From Trueperaceae bacterium (GTDB lineage Bacteria; Deinococcota; Deinococci; Deinococcales; Trueperaceae), in contig OZ243956.1 of assembly GCA_965214405.1 (NCBI GenBank), positions 192,001 to 256,000 on the forward strand: a stretch of 64,000 bases of DNA, given 5' to 3'. Position numbers and translations under genes: made by a program. Within the stretch, counting starts at the first letter, position 1. Each line of letters begins with the position of its first letter. Below the pieces are notes generated by a model. It was not told where the DNA came from. It did no database searches and saw nothing but the letters and a program-made list of their open reading frames with translations. Below, one piece after another: positions 18,832-28,113 of the stretch.

Positions 18832-19911
18832 TCAACAGATAGACGCCACCACGCGGGCCGTAGAGACGCGCTCGAGCAGATGCTCGCAAAACGCCTCCTT
18901 GTCGCCCGTATCGACCAAGGCCACCACGCAGCCGCCGAAGCCCGCGCCCGTGAGCCTCGCGCCGTAGCACGCTTCGAAGACCAAGCTCGCCTCGACGAGC
19001 TGGTCTAGGGCGGGGCTCGAGACCTCGTAATCGTCGCGCAGCGACACGTGCGACTGGGTCATGAGCGAGCCGAAAGCGACGGCGTTGCCCGTGTCTAAAA
19101 CCTCAGCGGCCTCCTCGACGCGCCGATTTTCGTGGTAGACGTGCCGGGCGCGCTTCAAAAGGTTGCCGTAGAGGTCGCGGAACCCCTCGGGCTCGAGCTC
19201 GCGCAACGACCCGAGACCCAAAATATCCGCCACCTCCCGGCACTCTGCCACCCGCTCCGCGTAGGCCGAGCCGGAGAGCGTGCGGGGCGCGTTCGAGTCT
19301 ATAACGACAAAACACCACGCTTCAGGCACGGCGAGCACCCGGTAATCAAAGCTGCGGCAGTCGAGCAAAATCGCCTCGCCGGGGCGGGACACGCTGCTCG
19401 AGAACTGGTCCATGATGCCCGAGGGCACGCCCACATAGTCGTTCTCGGCGCGCTTGCAGAGTTTGGCGATATCAACGTCACTCAGCGCCAGCCCGTCCAC
19501 CTCGCGCCAGACCCGCGCGACGGCCACCTCGAGCGCCGCCGAACTCGACAGCCCCGAGCCCGTCGGCACGTCGCTGGCGATACTCAGCTCGAGCCCACTA
19601 AGCCCGCACCCCGCCCCGCGCAACGCCCAGGCGGTGCCCGCCAAATACGCGCCCCAGCCCTCCACGCCCTCGTCACCGGGCCGGAAGGTGACGGTTTCCT
19701 CGGACGCTTCGGACGCGGCGCGCACCTCGCCCTCGAGCCGCCGGTAGGCCAAAGCCGTCTCCAAATTCAGCGCAGCGGGCAGCACGAGGCCGCCCGTATA
19801 GTCCGTGTGGTCGCCAATCAAATTGACGCGGCCCGGCGCACTCACGACGCCCTCTGGGGATGCGCCGTAAGTCTCCCTGAAAAGCTCCGCCGCTCGCTCT
19901 TTCGCGTTCAT
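18832..19911 (-). CDS. galK: Galactokinase
   Basis: APGRVNLIGDHTDY, P.GSGLSSSAA, GIMDQ, GARLTGAGFGG. Confidence 0.93.
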   Translation of the reverse strand: MNAKERAAELFRETYGASPEGVVSAPGRVNLIGDHTDYTGGLVLPAALNLETALAYRRLEGEVRAASEASEETVTFRPGDEGVEGWGAYLAGTAWALRGAGCGLSGLELSIASDVPTGSGLSSSAALEVAVARVWREVDGLALSDVDIAKLCKRAENDYVGVPSGIMDQFSSSVSRPGEAILLDCRSFDYRVLAVPEAWCFVVIDSNAPRTLSGSAYAERVAECREVADILGLGSLRELEPEGFRDLYGNLLKRARHVYHENRRVEEAAEVLDTGNAVAFGSLMTQSHVSLRDDYEVSSPALDQLVEASLVFEACYGARLTGAGFGGCVVALVDTGDKEAFCEHLLERVSTARVVASIC

Positions 19912-20978
19912 AAAACCAGCACCTCCGGACGCCGCCGCCCGCCGACCTCGCGGGTGGGCCAGCGGTCGTCTAAGGTGAGGAGCTCGAGCGTCTCCCCTTT
20001 CAAAAGCGCCGTGTCCTCCACCTTGACCCCCGGCAGCGACGGGTTCCAGGCATACGCGGAGCCCTCGACAAGCATCCGCTCGCTCCCCGGCACGGCGACA
20101 AAATCGCGGGTGAGGTAGCCCGTCGGCCCGCCCTGATGATGTTCCCGCCACGCGCCCTCAAACCCCGCCTCGGCGTAGGCCTCCTCTAAAACTGTAAAGA
20201 GGTCGCGCACGAGCACGCCGTGCTGCGTCGCGTCAAAGATAGCGCGCTCAATCTCCAAAAGAGATGTGTAGTCCCGCGCCTGCGCCTCCGTCTCGCCGAA
20301 ACTCACAAAGCGCGTGATGTTGGCGTACACCCCGTGACGGCGCGGGCAGGCGACCGCCATCACCCGTTTTTCTATCCGCTTCGCCTGGGGGATGGGATGC
20401 TTGTAACCTTGTAAACGTTCATCGCTGCCCACGAGTAGCACCACGGGCTGCGCCCCGTGAGCGCGCAAACCCTCGGCGAGCCGCCCGGCAAGCTCAAATT
20501 CTGTCAAACCGGGCTCGAGTTCCATCAAAACGTCCGAAAAAACCGCCGACGCGTCGCGGCAGAGCTCGCGGTAGCGCGTCACCTCGTCCGGCAAGAGGGG
20601 CACCCGCAGGGGCCAAAAGTCTCGCGTAGGCCAGCCTGAGCTCGGCGTGTCTGAGAGCACCCGCCCGGAGCCGGTCGCCTCCTGAAGCAGCTTTTCCTTG
20701 GCCTCCGGCTCGTACCAGGGCGCGTACACGACCTCTATACCCTCGGGCAGTTCTTCGCGTTCTAAGCGCGCTCGCTCGATGCTCGAGGCCACCACCACAC
20801 ACGCGTCTTTGGTCACCACCGCCTCGGCGACAGACGCGTTGGTGAGCGAGACCGCCAAATCCGCGCCACCCAAAAGCCACGCCAGGTTGCCGAGCGTCCC
20901 GAAGTGAACCGCTCCCAGACCGTTCGCCGCCATCATCAGCCGGACGCGCGCCAATTTTTCCGCTAATTCGTTGTCCAT
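19908..20978 (-). CDS. M24 (pita-bread fold) hydrolase-like protein
   Basis: ANITR, HHQGG, WNPS, KVEDT; ATGA overlap with galK. Confidence 0.8.
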   Translation of the reverse strand: MDNELAEKLARVRLMMAANGLGAVHFGTLGNLAWLLGGADLAVSLTNASVAEAVVTKDACVVVASSIERARLEREELPEGIEVVYAPWYEPEAKEKLLQEATGSGRVLSDTPSSGWPTRDFWPLRVPLLPDEVTRYRELCRDASAVFSDVLMELEPGLTEFELAGRLAEGLRAHGAQPVVLLVGSDERLQGYKHPIPQAKRIEKRVMAVACPRRHGVYANITRFVSFGETEAQARDYTSLLEIERAIFDATQHGVLVRDLFTVLEEAYAEAGFEGAWREHHQGGPTGYLTRDFVAVPGSERMLVEGSAYAWNPSLPGVKVEDTALLKGETLELLTLDDRWPTREVGGRRRPEVLVL

Positions 20979-21059
20979 AGCACCCCATTTACCGGATATC
21001 GGACGTTCACGCTAGCACGAAGCCTACCCTGCGGCAAGTCCTGGATAAGATACGTGGTC

Positions 21060-22103
21060 ATGAACCTCCTCAAACCCCCACGCCTTCAACCCGGCGATAC
21101 CGTCGCCGCCATCTCCCTCTCGAGCGGCCTCGCCAATGCTTACCCGCAGGTGTACGGGACGGCGAAACGCACTCTCGAGGAGACGTTCGGCCTCACCGTC
21201 ATCCCAACGCCTCACGCGCTTCAAAGTAACGACTGGCTTTATAACCATCCCGAAGCGCGCGCCGACGACCTCCACTGGGCGCTCACGAATCCTGAAGTCA
21301 AGGGCATCTTCTCCTGCATCGGCGGCTACGAGTCGGTTCGGATTTTGCCGTTCGTAAAAGAGAGCATCATCCGCGAGCATCCCAAAGTCTTTATGGGTTT
21401 TTCGGACTCGACGGTTCAGCATATAGCGTTTTTTAACGCGGGCGTCGCGTCGTTTTATGGGCCAAGCATGTTGGCGGGACTCTCGACTTTGAAAGCGTAC
21501 TCTTATACGCTCGAGTCCATCCGTCACACCCTCTTTAGCCCCGAACCTGTGGGGAGGCTCGAGCCCGCTCCGGCCTGGACGGAAACGTTTCTCGACTGGG
21601 ATACACCTGACTACGCGGCCAAAGCTCATGTGCCAAAAGCTTTACAACCAAACGAGGGCTGGGTCTGGCTTCAGGGTGAGGCTCGGGGCGAAGGGCATTT
21701 GCTGGGAGGCTGCGCGGACGTGCTCGAGATGCTCAAAGGCACCCGCTGGTGGCCTTCTTTGGAAGATTGGCGCGGCGCGATTCTTTACCTGGAAACGAGC
21801 GAAGAAGCGCCCCCGCCGAACCTCGTCGAATACTGGCTTCGCAACTACGCGTCGCAAGGGATTTTGCCCGTACTTTCGGCCCTCCTGCTGGCCCGCCCCT
21901 ACGGCTATACGGACGAGATGAAGGAGGAGCTTTACCGCGTGGTGAAGAAAGTGTTGGCTGAAGGCGGGCTCGAGGGCCTGCCCGTGGTCGCCAATATGGA
22001 CTTTGGACATACGAGCCCGATGATAGTTTTGCCCAACGGCTGCCGGGCGAGCGTGGACCCTGTGGCGTGGCGGGTGGAGGTGTTGGAGGCGGGGGTTAGT
22101 TAA
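21060..22103 (+). CDS. S66 peptidase (LD-carboxypeptidase/MccF family)
   Basis: IGGY, GFSDST (Ser), LETSE (Glu), DFGHT (His). Confidence 0.92.
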   Translation: MNLLKPPRLQPGDTVAAISLSSGLANAYPQVYGTAKRTLEETFGLTVIPTPHALQSNDWLYNHPEARADDLHWALTNPEVKGIFSCIGGYESVRILPFVKESIIREHPKVFMGFSDSTVQHIAFFNAGVASFYGPSMLAGLSTLKAYSYTLESIRHTLFSPEPVGRLEPAPAWTETFLDWDTPDYAAKAHVPKALQPNEGWVWLQGEARGEGHLLGGCADVLEMLKGTRWWPSLEDWRGAILYLETSEEAPPPNLVEYWLRNYASQGILPVLSALLLARPYGYTDEMKEELYRVVKKVLAEGGLEGLPVVANMDFGHTSPMIVLPNGCRASVDPVAWRVEVLEAGVS

Positions 22104-22650
22104 CCCTCACCGCAAGGAGCACCGCCGCCCGCTCCGTCACCAGGACTTCGGTGGTGAGGAGTCGGGTGTCACCAAACCAGCGTTCGCGCCGCCTGTCGGG
22201 TTTGCCGCGCCACGCCTCGGGCCAGTGTTTCTCCGGCGTAAAGTCGTCCAGCACGATGAGCCCGCCCGGTGCGGTCGCCGCGACCACCTCGCCGTGTCCC
22301 TCGTCTTTGGCTTCGCTCACGTCGGCAAACACGAGGCTGAACGGCCCCTCGTGGAGCGCCCCTCGCCAGTCGCCAGCGAGAAAGCGGGCGTTTTTTCGCT
22401 CGAGAAGCCTCTCTACCTGGGCCTGCCGCGCTTCGTCAGCATCTACGCTGATAAACGTTTGGTCGTCGCGGAGGCCGGAGAGCAGCCACGCCGCACCGAC
22501 CCCGCAGCCCGTGCCGAGTTCGGCGATCACGCCGGGACCCGCCGCCGCAGTGAGCACGCGCAGGAGCCGCCCGACTTCGGCGTTGCAGGAGTTGGTGAAG
22601 CCTGAATCCTCAGCAAACGAGAGGGCGCGCAGGACTTCGGGAGGCGTCAC
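22096..22650 (-). CDS. SAM-dependent O-methyltransferase
   Basis: ELGTGCG, LVFAD, PGGLIVLDD. Confidence 0.85.
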   Translation of the reverse strand: MTPPEVLRALSFAEDSGFTNSCNAEVGRLLRVLTAAAGPGVIAELGTGCGVGAAWLLSGLRDDQTFISVDADEARQAQVERLLERKNARFLAGDWRGALHEGPFSLVFADVSEAKDEGHGEVVAATAPGGLIVLDDFTPEKHWPEAWRGKPDRRRERWFGDTRLLTTEVLVTERAAVLLAVRVN

Positions 22651-23315
22651 GCTTCAGCCTTGGATTGGTCGATGACGCCTTCTATAAGCTCGAGCACCCT
22701 CTCAACCTCCGCGCCTGCTCGAGCGAGCGCCTGAAGCTCTCCAGTTTCGTGCAAGCTCTCCCCCGCCGCGACGCCCACCGGCACCACCGCCCGCCAGGCG
22801 TCAAAAAACGCGGCGAAAGAACTCTGGCGAAGGTGCGCCTCAATCTGCAATGCGACGAGCACGTTTTCGAGAGGAGCTGACTGGGATCCCACACAGGTGA
22901 GGTTTTTCATTTTGAAGTAGGGCACTTGCTCGAGCATCCCGCTACACCCCGCCCACGGGTCGCGCGAGGCGAAGTGAGACTCCCTAATGCTCGCCATGCG
23001 AATCGCGCCCATGCACAGGGGGCAGGGCTCGGTGGTGGTGTAGAGAACGCTCTCGCGCGCGTTGTAGCGCTCAAAGTCAAACGTCACGAGCGCGTTCATT
23101 TCCGCGTGGGCGAGTGGATGCCCCGCGAGGTGCGGCGGCGCGGCTTCTTCATAGAGGCGGTTGCGGCCCCTCGAGAGGACGCGCCCCGCCCGGTCCGTCA
23201 CCACCGAGGCGATGGGCAGCGAGCCCGCGCAGTAGGCTTCCCACGCTAGGCGAACGCACGCCTGCCAGGGCTGCGAAAGTTCCTCCCATATACCTGACGT
23301 CACACCCGGCGTCAC
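22647..23315 (-). CDS. Nucleoside/nucleotide deaminase (TadA/CDA family)
   Basis: HAE...TTEPCPLC zinc motif. Confidence 0.9.
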   Translation of the reverse strand: MTPGVTSGIWEELSQPWQACVRLAWEAYCAGSLPIASVVTDRAGRVLSRGRNRLYEEAAPPHLAGHPLAHAEMNALVTFDFERYNARESVLYTTTEPCPLCMGAIRMASIRESHFASRDPWAGCSGMLEQVPYFKMKNLTCVGSQSAPLENVLVALQIEAHLRQSSFAAFFDAWRAVVPVGVAAGESLHETGELQALARAGAEVERVLELIEGVIDQSKAEA

Positions 23316-23430
23316 AGCGCCTCACTGTGTTTGATAAACAGGTCGTCTAACGCCTCGCGCAACAAGCTCGCCTCGGTGCGGTTGAGGGCGGCGGAGAGCT
23401 TGGAGAGTTTCTCGAGGCTTGCTTTAGAAT

Positions 23431-24713
23431 CAATACTTCGGACAGGTATTGAAAAGAAGGAAGCCATCACGCTAGTTTGAATGTGTGATGAAACAAACAG
23501 ATGATGGCTTGCTAGAGATTATAGACGAAGCGCTGATAAAGATGCCAGGGGTAGGCAAATGGCAACGAGATTTTCTAAGACAGTTGTTCAGTACCGTGCT
23601 GTTGGTGTACGGCAAGCTCAACTTCAGCAACTTAGCCAGACATAGCGAACTGGATGAGAAAACGTACCGCAGAGGTTTTAGACGAGACTTTGACTTCGAG
23701 ATGTTCAACCTGCATTGTCTAGGGCAACGTACTACGAGCGGCGAACTGGTGGCAGCACTAGACGCGAGCTACTTAGCTAAAAGCGGGAAACAGACGTTTG
23801 GGCTGGGTAAATTTTACAGTGGCTGTATAGGTAGGGCAGTAAAAGGCTTAGAGATTAGTGAACTGGCTTTGATTGACCGTGACAGCCGTCAGGCATTTGC
23901 TTTTTCAACGAGGCAGACTGTGGCTAAGGCGGGGAAAAGCCGCGTTGAGCAGTATGCCGAACACGTAGAAGCCTGTGCTGAAACCTTGCCTAAAGAGGTC
24001 AACTATCTGCTGGTAGACGGCTATTACAGCAAGAAGGGGTTTGTTGACACAGTGTGTGCTCTAGGAAAGCTTGAGGTAGTGGGCAAACTACGCTGTGACG
24101 CCAACCTACGCTATCTCTACCGAGGAGCCTACTGTGGCAAAGGACGCCCTAAACGCTATGATGGCAAGGTTGATTTTGGAGACCTGAGCCGGTTTGTTTA
24201 TGAGAGCGAAACTGAACCGCAGCTTCACATCTATACGCAAACCCTTTGGCATGTTGGTTTGAAACGTCTTCTTCGCGTTGTGCTACTGCTCGATACCAGC
24301 AAAGCCAAACCTCGTTACATCTTGCTCTTTTCGACAGACCTGAGTCTTACCGGCAAGGAGATACTAGACCTTTACAAGTTACGCTTCCAAATCGAATTCC
24401 TGTTTCGGGATGCTAAACAGTTTACAGGTCTTTGTGACTGCCAAGCCAGAGATGCAAAAGCACTTGCCTTTCATTTCAACACCGCTTTATCGGCTGTTAA
24501 TCTTGCCAAGTTAGACCTTCTAAACCAGCAAGAGGGAGAGCAAGCTTTCGTCTTCTCTTTAAGCAGTTACATCCACCGTTCTTTCAGTCACCGACTGCTT
24601 TCTCGACTTTTTGCAAGCTTAGACTTTGACCTCAGTTGCAATAAAGTTCAGTCCGCTTTTAACCATGCCCTTGCCTTCGGGCTAGCTTGTCCTTAAATCT
24701 GTCCGGAGTATTG
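23431..24713 (+). mobile_element. Insertion sequence, 1283 bp (DDE, IS4 clan; IS701/ISH3-like)
   Basis: IRs CAATACTTCGGACAGGT (23431-23447) and ATCTGTCCGGAGTATTG (24697-24713). 7-bp TSD TTAGAAT at 23424-23430 and 24714-24720. Lower GC than the flanks. Confidence 0.95.
23485..24696 (+). CDS. DDE transposase
   Basis: ALDASY..KSGK, LVDGYY, Y.LRFQIEFLFRDAKQ (YREK motif). Confidence 0.93.
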   Translation: MMKQTDDGLLEIIDEALIKMPGVGKWQRDFLRQLFSTVLLVYGKLNFSNLARHSELDEKTYRRGFRRDFDFEMFNLHCLGQRTTSGELVAALDASYLAKSGKQTFGLGKFYSGCIGRAVKGLEISELALIDRDSRQAFAFSTRQTVAKAGKSRVEQYAEHVEACAETLPKEVNYLLVDGYYSKKGFVDTVCALGKLEVVGKLRCDANLRYLYRGAYCGKGRPKRYDGKVDFGDLSRFVYESETEPQLHIYTQTLWHVGLKRLLRVVLLLDTSKAKPRYILLFSTDLSLTGKEILDLYKLRFQIEFLFRDAKQFTGLCDCQARDAKALAFHFNTALSAVNLAKLDLLNQQEGEQAFVFSLSSYIHRSFSHRLLSRLFASLDFDLSCNKVQSAFNHALAFGLACP

Positions 24714-25285
24714 TTAGAATAGTAATTGCTCTTTAAGGTCATTTTGGACTCGACGTAGATGGCAATCCGGCTGCGCCCCTCGGCCTTGGCGCGGTACAGG
24801 GCCTCGTCGGCGGCGCGCAAAAGGTCGGGCACCGTACCCGCGTGGGTGGGACGGCTGGCGATGCCAACCGACAAGTGCAGGCGGCGCGGCACGTGTGGGG
24901 AGGGCTTGCGGCTCGAGAAGTGCGCGCGAATCTCCTCCAAGACGATGAGCGCGTTTTCGGCGGGCATGTCGGGGAGCGCCACGCCGTACTCGTCACCGCC
25001 CAGACGCCCCACCACCGCCTCGCTCGGCAGGCTGCCCGTGAGGACGCGCTCCAAACTCCGCAAGACCTCGTCGCCCGCCTTGTGACCGTAGTCGTCGTTG
25101 ACCTCCTTGAAATGGTCCAAATCAAAAAGCGCCACGCTCAGCAGGCCATCGGGCAAAGACTGTAACGTTTCTTCAAAATCGGCGCGACTCAAAAGTTTGA
25201 CTGTGGTTGGTTGTGCGGGTGCTTGTGTCACATCTATACCTCCGTGTAGTTTCAAACATATATATGCTACAGATGATGCGTATAC

Positions 25286-25624
25286 GTGGTAGGTAATATT
25301 TCACAAAGAGCCAGAGATGGATTGGTAAGTGTTAGCCTTAAGCTTATAAATCACAGGGTAAGGTCCTGGAGTCAGGTTGTTGAAAAAGAAATACGCGACA
25401 AACTGGGTGTAGAATCTGGTCGGGAGGCGCTCCAGTTTCTGATGAATGACCACGCTAAGGTTTATTTTCTTCCCCTCGAGCACAGCCGTTCGCTGGCTGG
25501 TAGCCTCTCGAGCTACGTGACAAAAAGCCTGCCGACGGCGGAGGCGTTATGTAAAGCGCGCGAGGCCGCGTGGGCCGAGCGAGTCAAAGAGAATAGCGGA
25601 AGCGCTGACACGGAAAGAGCGTGA
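25286..25624 (+). CDS. Hypothetical ORF or gene remnant in a low-GC patch
   Basis: Open frame only; no motif recognised. Confidence 0.25.
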   Translation: MVGNISQRARDGLVSVSLKLINHRVRSWSQVVEKEIRDKLGVESGREALQFLMNDHAKVYFLPLEHSRSLAGSLSSYVTKSLPTAEALCKAREAAWAERVKENSGSADTERA

Positions 25625-25881
25625 AAGGGGTTTGTTGATATATGGGCGGTCGCGCGTTTGGCAGGCAGCAACGCAGTCTATTCTTTTGACAAACGTTTTC
25701 CGGGGGAAGGGCTCGAGCTGAGACGGTCACGCTGGTGAGTCGATGAGCTGAGAAGGTAGCACTGGTGAGATAGAAACAAGAACTTTATCGTCTCCCCAAC
25801 ACGTTTCAAAGGGACAAATGTCCGTTAGCGAACCCTCATAAATGACGGTATGATGCGCGTTAACGTGACTGGAAAGCACCT

Positions 25882-26595
25882 GTGACCCCAACCTTACCGC
25901 TGGCTTTTGTGGCGGGCGTGTTGTCGTTTTTGTCGCCCTGCGTGCTCCCGCTCGTGCCGTCGTATTTGGCGTATGTGGGGGGCAGCACGGCGACCGGCGG
26001 CGCGCGGCGCGCGCTCACGCTGCGTAACAGTTTGCTCTTTATCTTGGGCTTTTCGCTCGTCTTTATCGCGCTCGGCGCGTCGGCGAGCGTGCTGGGCGGG
26101 CTCTTGCGCGAGCACCGGCGCTGGCTGGTCATATTCGGCGGCGTGCTGGTCATCTTTTTTGGGCTGGTCATGTTGGGCGCGTTCAAGCTACCTCTCTTGT
26201 ACCGCGACGCGCGTTTGCGCTTCGGCGGCGACAGCAGCACGCCCGTGGGGGCGGTGCTGTTAGGGATGGCTTTTGCGGCGGGTTGGACGCCCTGCATCGG
26301 CCCGGTGTTGGGCGGCGTGTTGACGCTGGCGGGCGCGTCGGGGACGCTTGTTTATGGGGTGGTGCTGCTTTTCTGCTACGCCTTGGGTCTCGCTGTGCCC
26401 TTTTTCTTGGCGGCGCTAGCGTTGGAGCGTTTTCTGGGTTTCTCCAAATCCTTTAGGCGTCACCTCATCTGGGTCGAGCGCGCGGCGGGGGGCTTGCTCG
26501 TCGTGGCGGGCGCGCTGATGCTAACGGGCACCTACACGACGCTCAACGCCTACCTGATTCGCTTCACGCCTGACTGGTTGATATCACGGATATGA
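25882..26595 (+). CDS. ccdA: Cytochrome c biogenesis protein CcdA
   Basis: SFLSPCVLP and WTPCIGP. Confidence 0.93.
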   Translation: MTPTLPLAFVAGVLSFLSPCVLPLVPSYLAYVGGSTATGGARRALTLRNSLLFILGFSLVFIALGASASVLGGLLREHRRWLVIFGGVLVIFFGLVMLGAFKLPLLYRDARLRFGGDSSTPVGAVLLGMAFAAGWTPCIGPVLGGVLTLAGASGTLVYGVVLLFCYALGLAVPFFLAALALERFLGFSKSFRRHLIWVERAAGGLLVVAGALMLTGTYTTLNAYLIRFTPDWLISRI

Positions 26596-27344
26596 ACGCT
26601 CCGCATTCGTCCACAGTTACGTCCAATATGTCTACAAAGGACGCAGAGGGTCCTGCCCTCGAGCTTTCCGGCCTCTCGCGCCGTTACGGGGCTCACTTCG
26701 TGCTGCGGGATGTGAATTTGCGCGTGTCAAGAGGCAGGGTGGTGGTGCTGCGCGGCGGCAACGGCGCGGGCAAGACGACGCTGTTGCGGGTGCTTTCGAC
26801 GCGGCTCAGGCCGAGCCGGGGCGGAGGGCGCGTGTTCGGCTTTGACTTAGCCACGCAAGGCCACGAAATCCGCAAGCGCGTCGCTTACCTCAACGTGCTG
26901 GGCGGCGCCTACGGCACGCTCACGGCGCGGGAGAATCTAGCCTTTTCCGCGACCCTGTACGGCAAAAGGTTGGGGCGGGAGGAGGTGGCGGCGCGGCTCG
27001 AGCAGGTGGGGTTGGGCAACGCGCAAGACAAGCTCGTGCGGACCTTCTCGAGCGGCATGAAAAAGCGTTTGGGCGTCGCCCGCTTGCTCCTCGCGGACGC
27101 CGACTTGTGGCTTTTGGACGAACCTTACGCGGCTCTGGATGAGAGCGGCAAAACGCTTATCGAGGATTTGGTGAGGGGGGCCAAGGCGGAGGGGCGCACG
27201 GTAGTCATGGCCTCGCACGACTTGGGGCGCAGCCGCGGGCTGGCGGACAGCGTGTTGGGGCTCGAGAACGGGCGTTTGAGCCTTTACGCGCCCAAGGATA
27301 CGTCCCAGAAACCAACGCAGACGCTCGAGGTAGCGCGTGTCTGA
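26592..27344 (+). CDS. ccmA: Heme exporter ATP-binding protein
   Basis: GGNGAGKTT, FSSGMKKR, LLDEP; ccm context. Confidence 0.9.
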   Translation: MNAPHSSTVTSNMSTKDAEGPALELSGLSRRYGAHFVLRDVNLRVSRGRVVVLRGGNGAGKTTLLRVLSTRLRPSRGGGRVFGFDLATQGHEIRKRVAYLNVLGGAYGTLTARENLAFSATLYGKRLGREEVAARLEQVGLGNAQDKLVRTFSSGMKKRLGVARLLLADADLWLLDEPYAALDESGKTLIEDLVRGAKAEGRTVVMASHDLGRSRGLADSVLGLENGRLSLYAPKDTSQKPTQTLEVARV

Positions 27345-28014
27345 CTTGACCTACGTGCTCACGGTCGCGCGAAAAGATTTGCGCCAAGAGGTCCGCAGCA
27401 AGGCGGTCACGGTCGCTACACTCTTTTTCTCGGCCATCGTGCTGGTCATTTTAGCCTTTGCGGTCGGGCCGAGTCCGGCGGCGCTTGTTAACGCCGCGCC
27501 CGGTGGCCTCTGGGTCGCGCTCGCCTTTGCGGGAGTTATCTCGGCGGCGCAGTCTTACGCGGCGGAACTCGAGGACGGCGCGTTAGAAAGCCTGCTGCTC
27601 TACCCCGTCCCGCGCGGCGCGCTCTACCTGGGTAAGCTCTTAGCCAACTGGGTTTTTATGAGCGTCTTAGGCTTGGTGATGGTGCCCCTCACCGCGCTTC
27701 TTTTTGGGGCGACGCTGCGGGAGAACCTGCTCTGGCTCCTCGCCACGGTTCTTTTGGGCACGCTCGGCTTTGCGCTCATTGCGACTTTTTACGCGGCCTT
27801 GACGGCCAATTTGCGCTCGAGGGAGAGCCTGCTGCCCGTGCTGATGTTCCCGGTGGTGGTGCCCGTGCTTTTGGCGTCGGTCCGGGCCACGGGCGAAATC
27901 GTGCGGTTGGGCGACCTCGCTATTGCCCAGGATTGGCTACAATTATTACTGGGGTTTGACCTCCTATATTTCGTCGTCTGCACGGCTATTTTCTCTTTTG
28001 TGGTCGAGGAATAG
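27337..28014 (+). CDS. ccmB: Heme exporter permease
   Basis: KDLRQE.R, E.EDGALESL, LLPVLMFP. Confidence 0.92.
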   Translation: MSDLTYVLTVARKDLRQEVRSKAVTVATLFFSAIVLVILAFAVGPSPAALVNAAPGGLWVALAFAGVISAAQSYAAELEDGALESLLLYPVPRGALYLGKLLANWVFMSVLGLVMVPLTALLFGATLRENLLWLLATVLLGTLGFALIATFYAALTANLRSRESLLPVLMFPVVVPVLLASVRATGEIVRLGDLAIAQDWLQLLLGFDLLYFVVCTAIFSFVVEE

Positions 28015-28113
28015 GGGCGTGAGTCAAATGGCGAACGGTAGAAGCACGAAGAAACGTTCTACACTTCCTTACAACCTGTTAGCGTTGCGGGTCACCGCAC
28101 GGAGGAGAGAGGT

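Larger units (their letters stand above)
23312..25231 (-). pseudogene. GGDEF-domain + C-terminal ribbon-helix-helix protein, interrupted by IS
   Basis: 5' part has DLDHFK.VND.YGH..GD and RLGGDEY. Removing the IS and one TSD copy restores ...KSNYYSKASLEKLSKLSAALNRTEASLLREALDDLFIKHSEAL*. Confidence 0.88.

Noticed and set aside
24659..25255. ORF-track 198-aa protein as an intact stand-alone diguanylate cyclase
   Set aside because: Its last 18 residues come from the IS; the real C-terminus is at 23312-23430.
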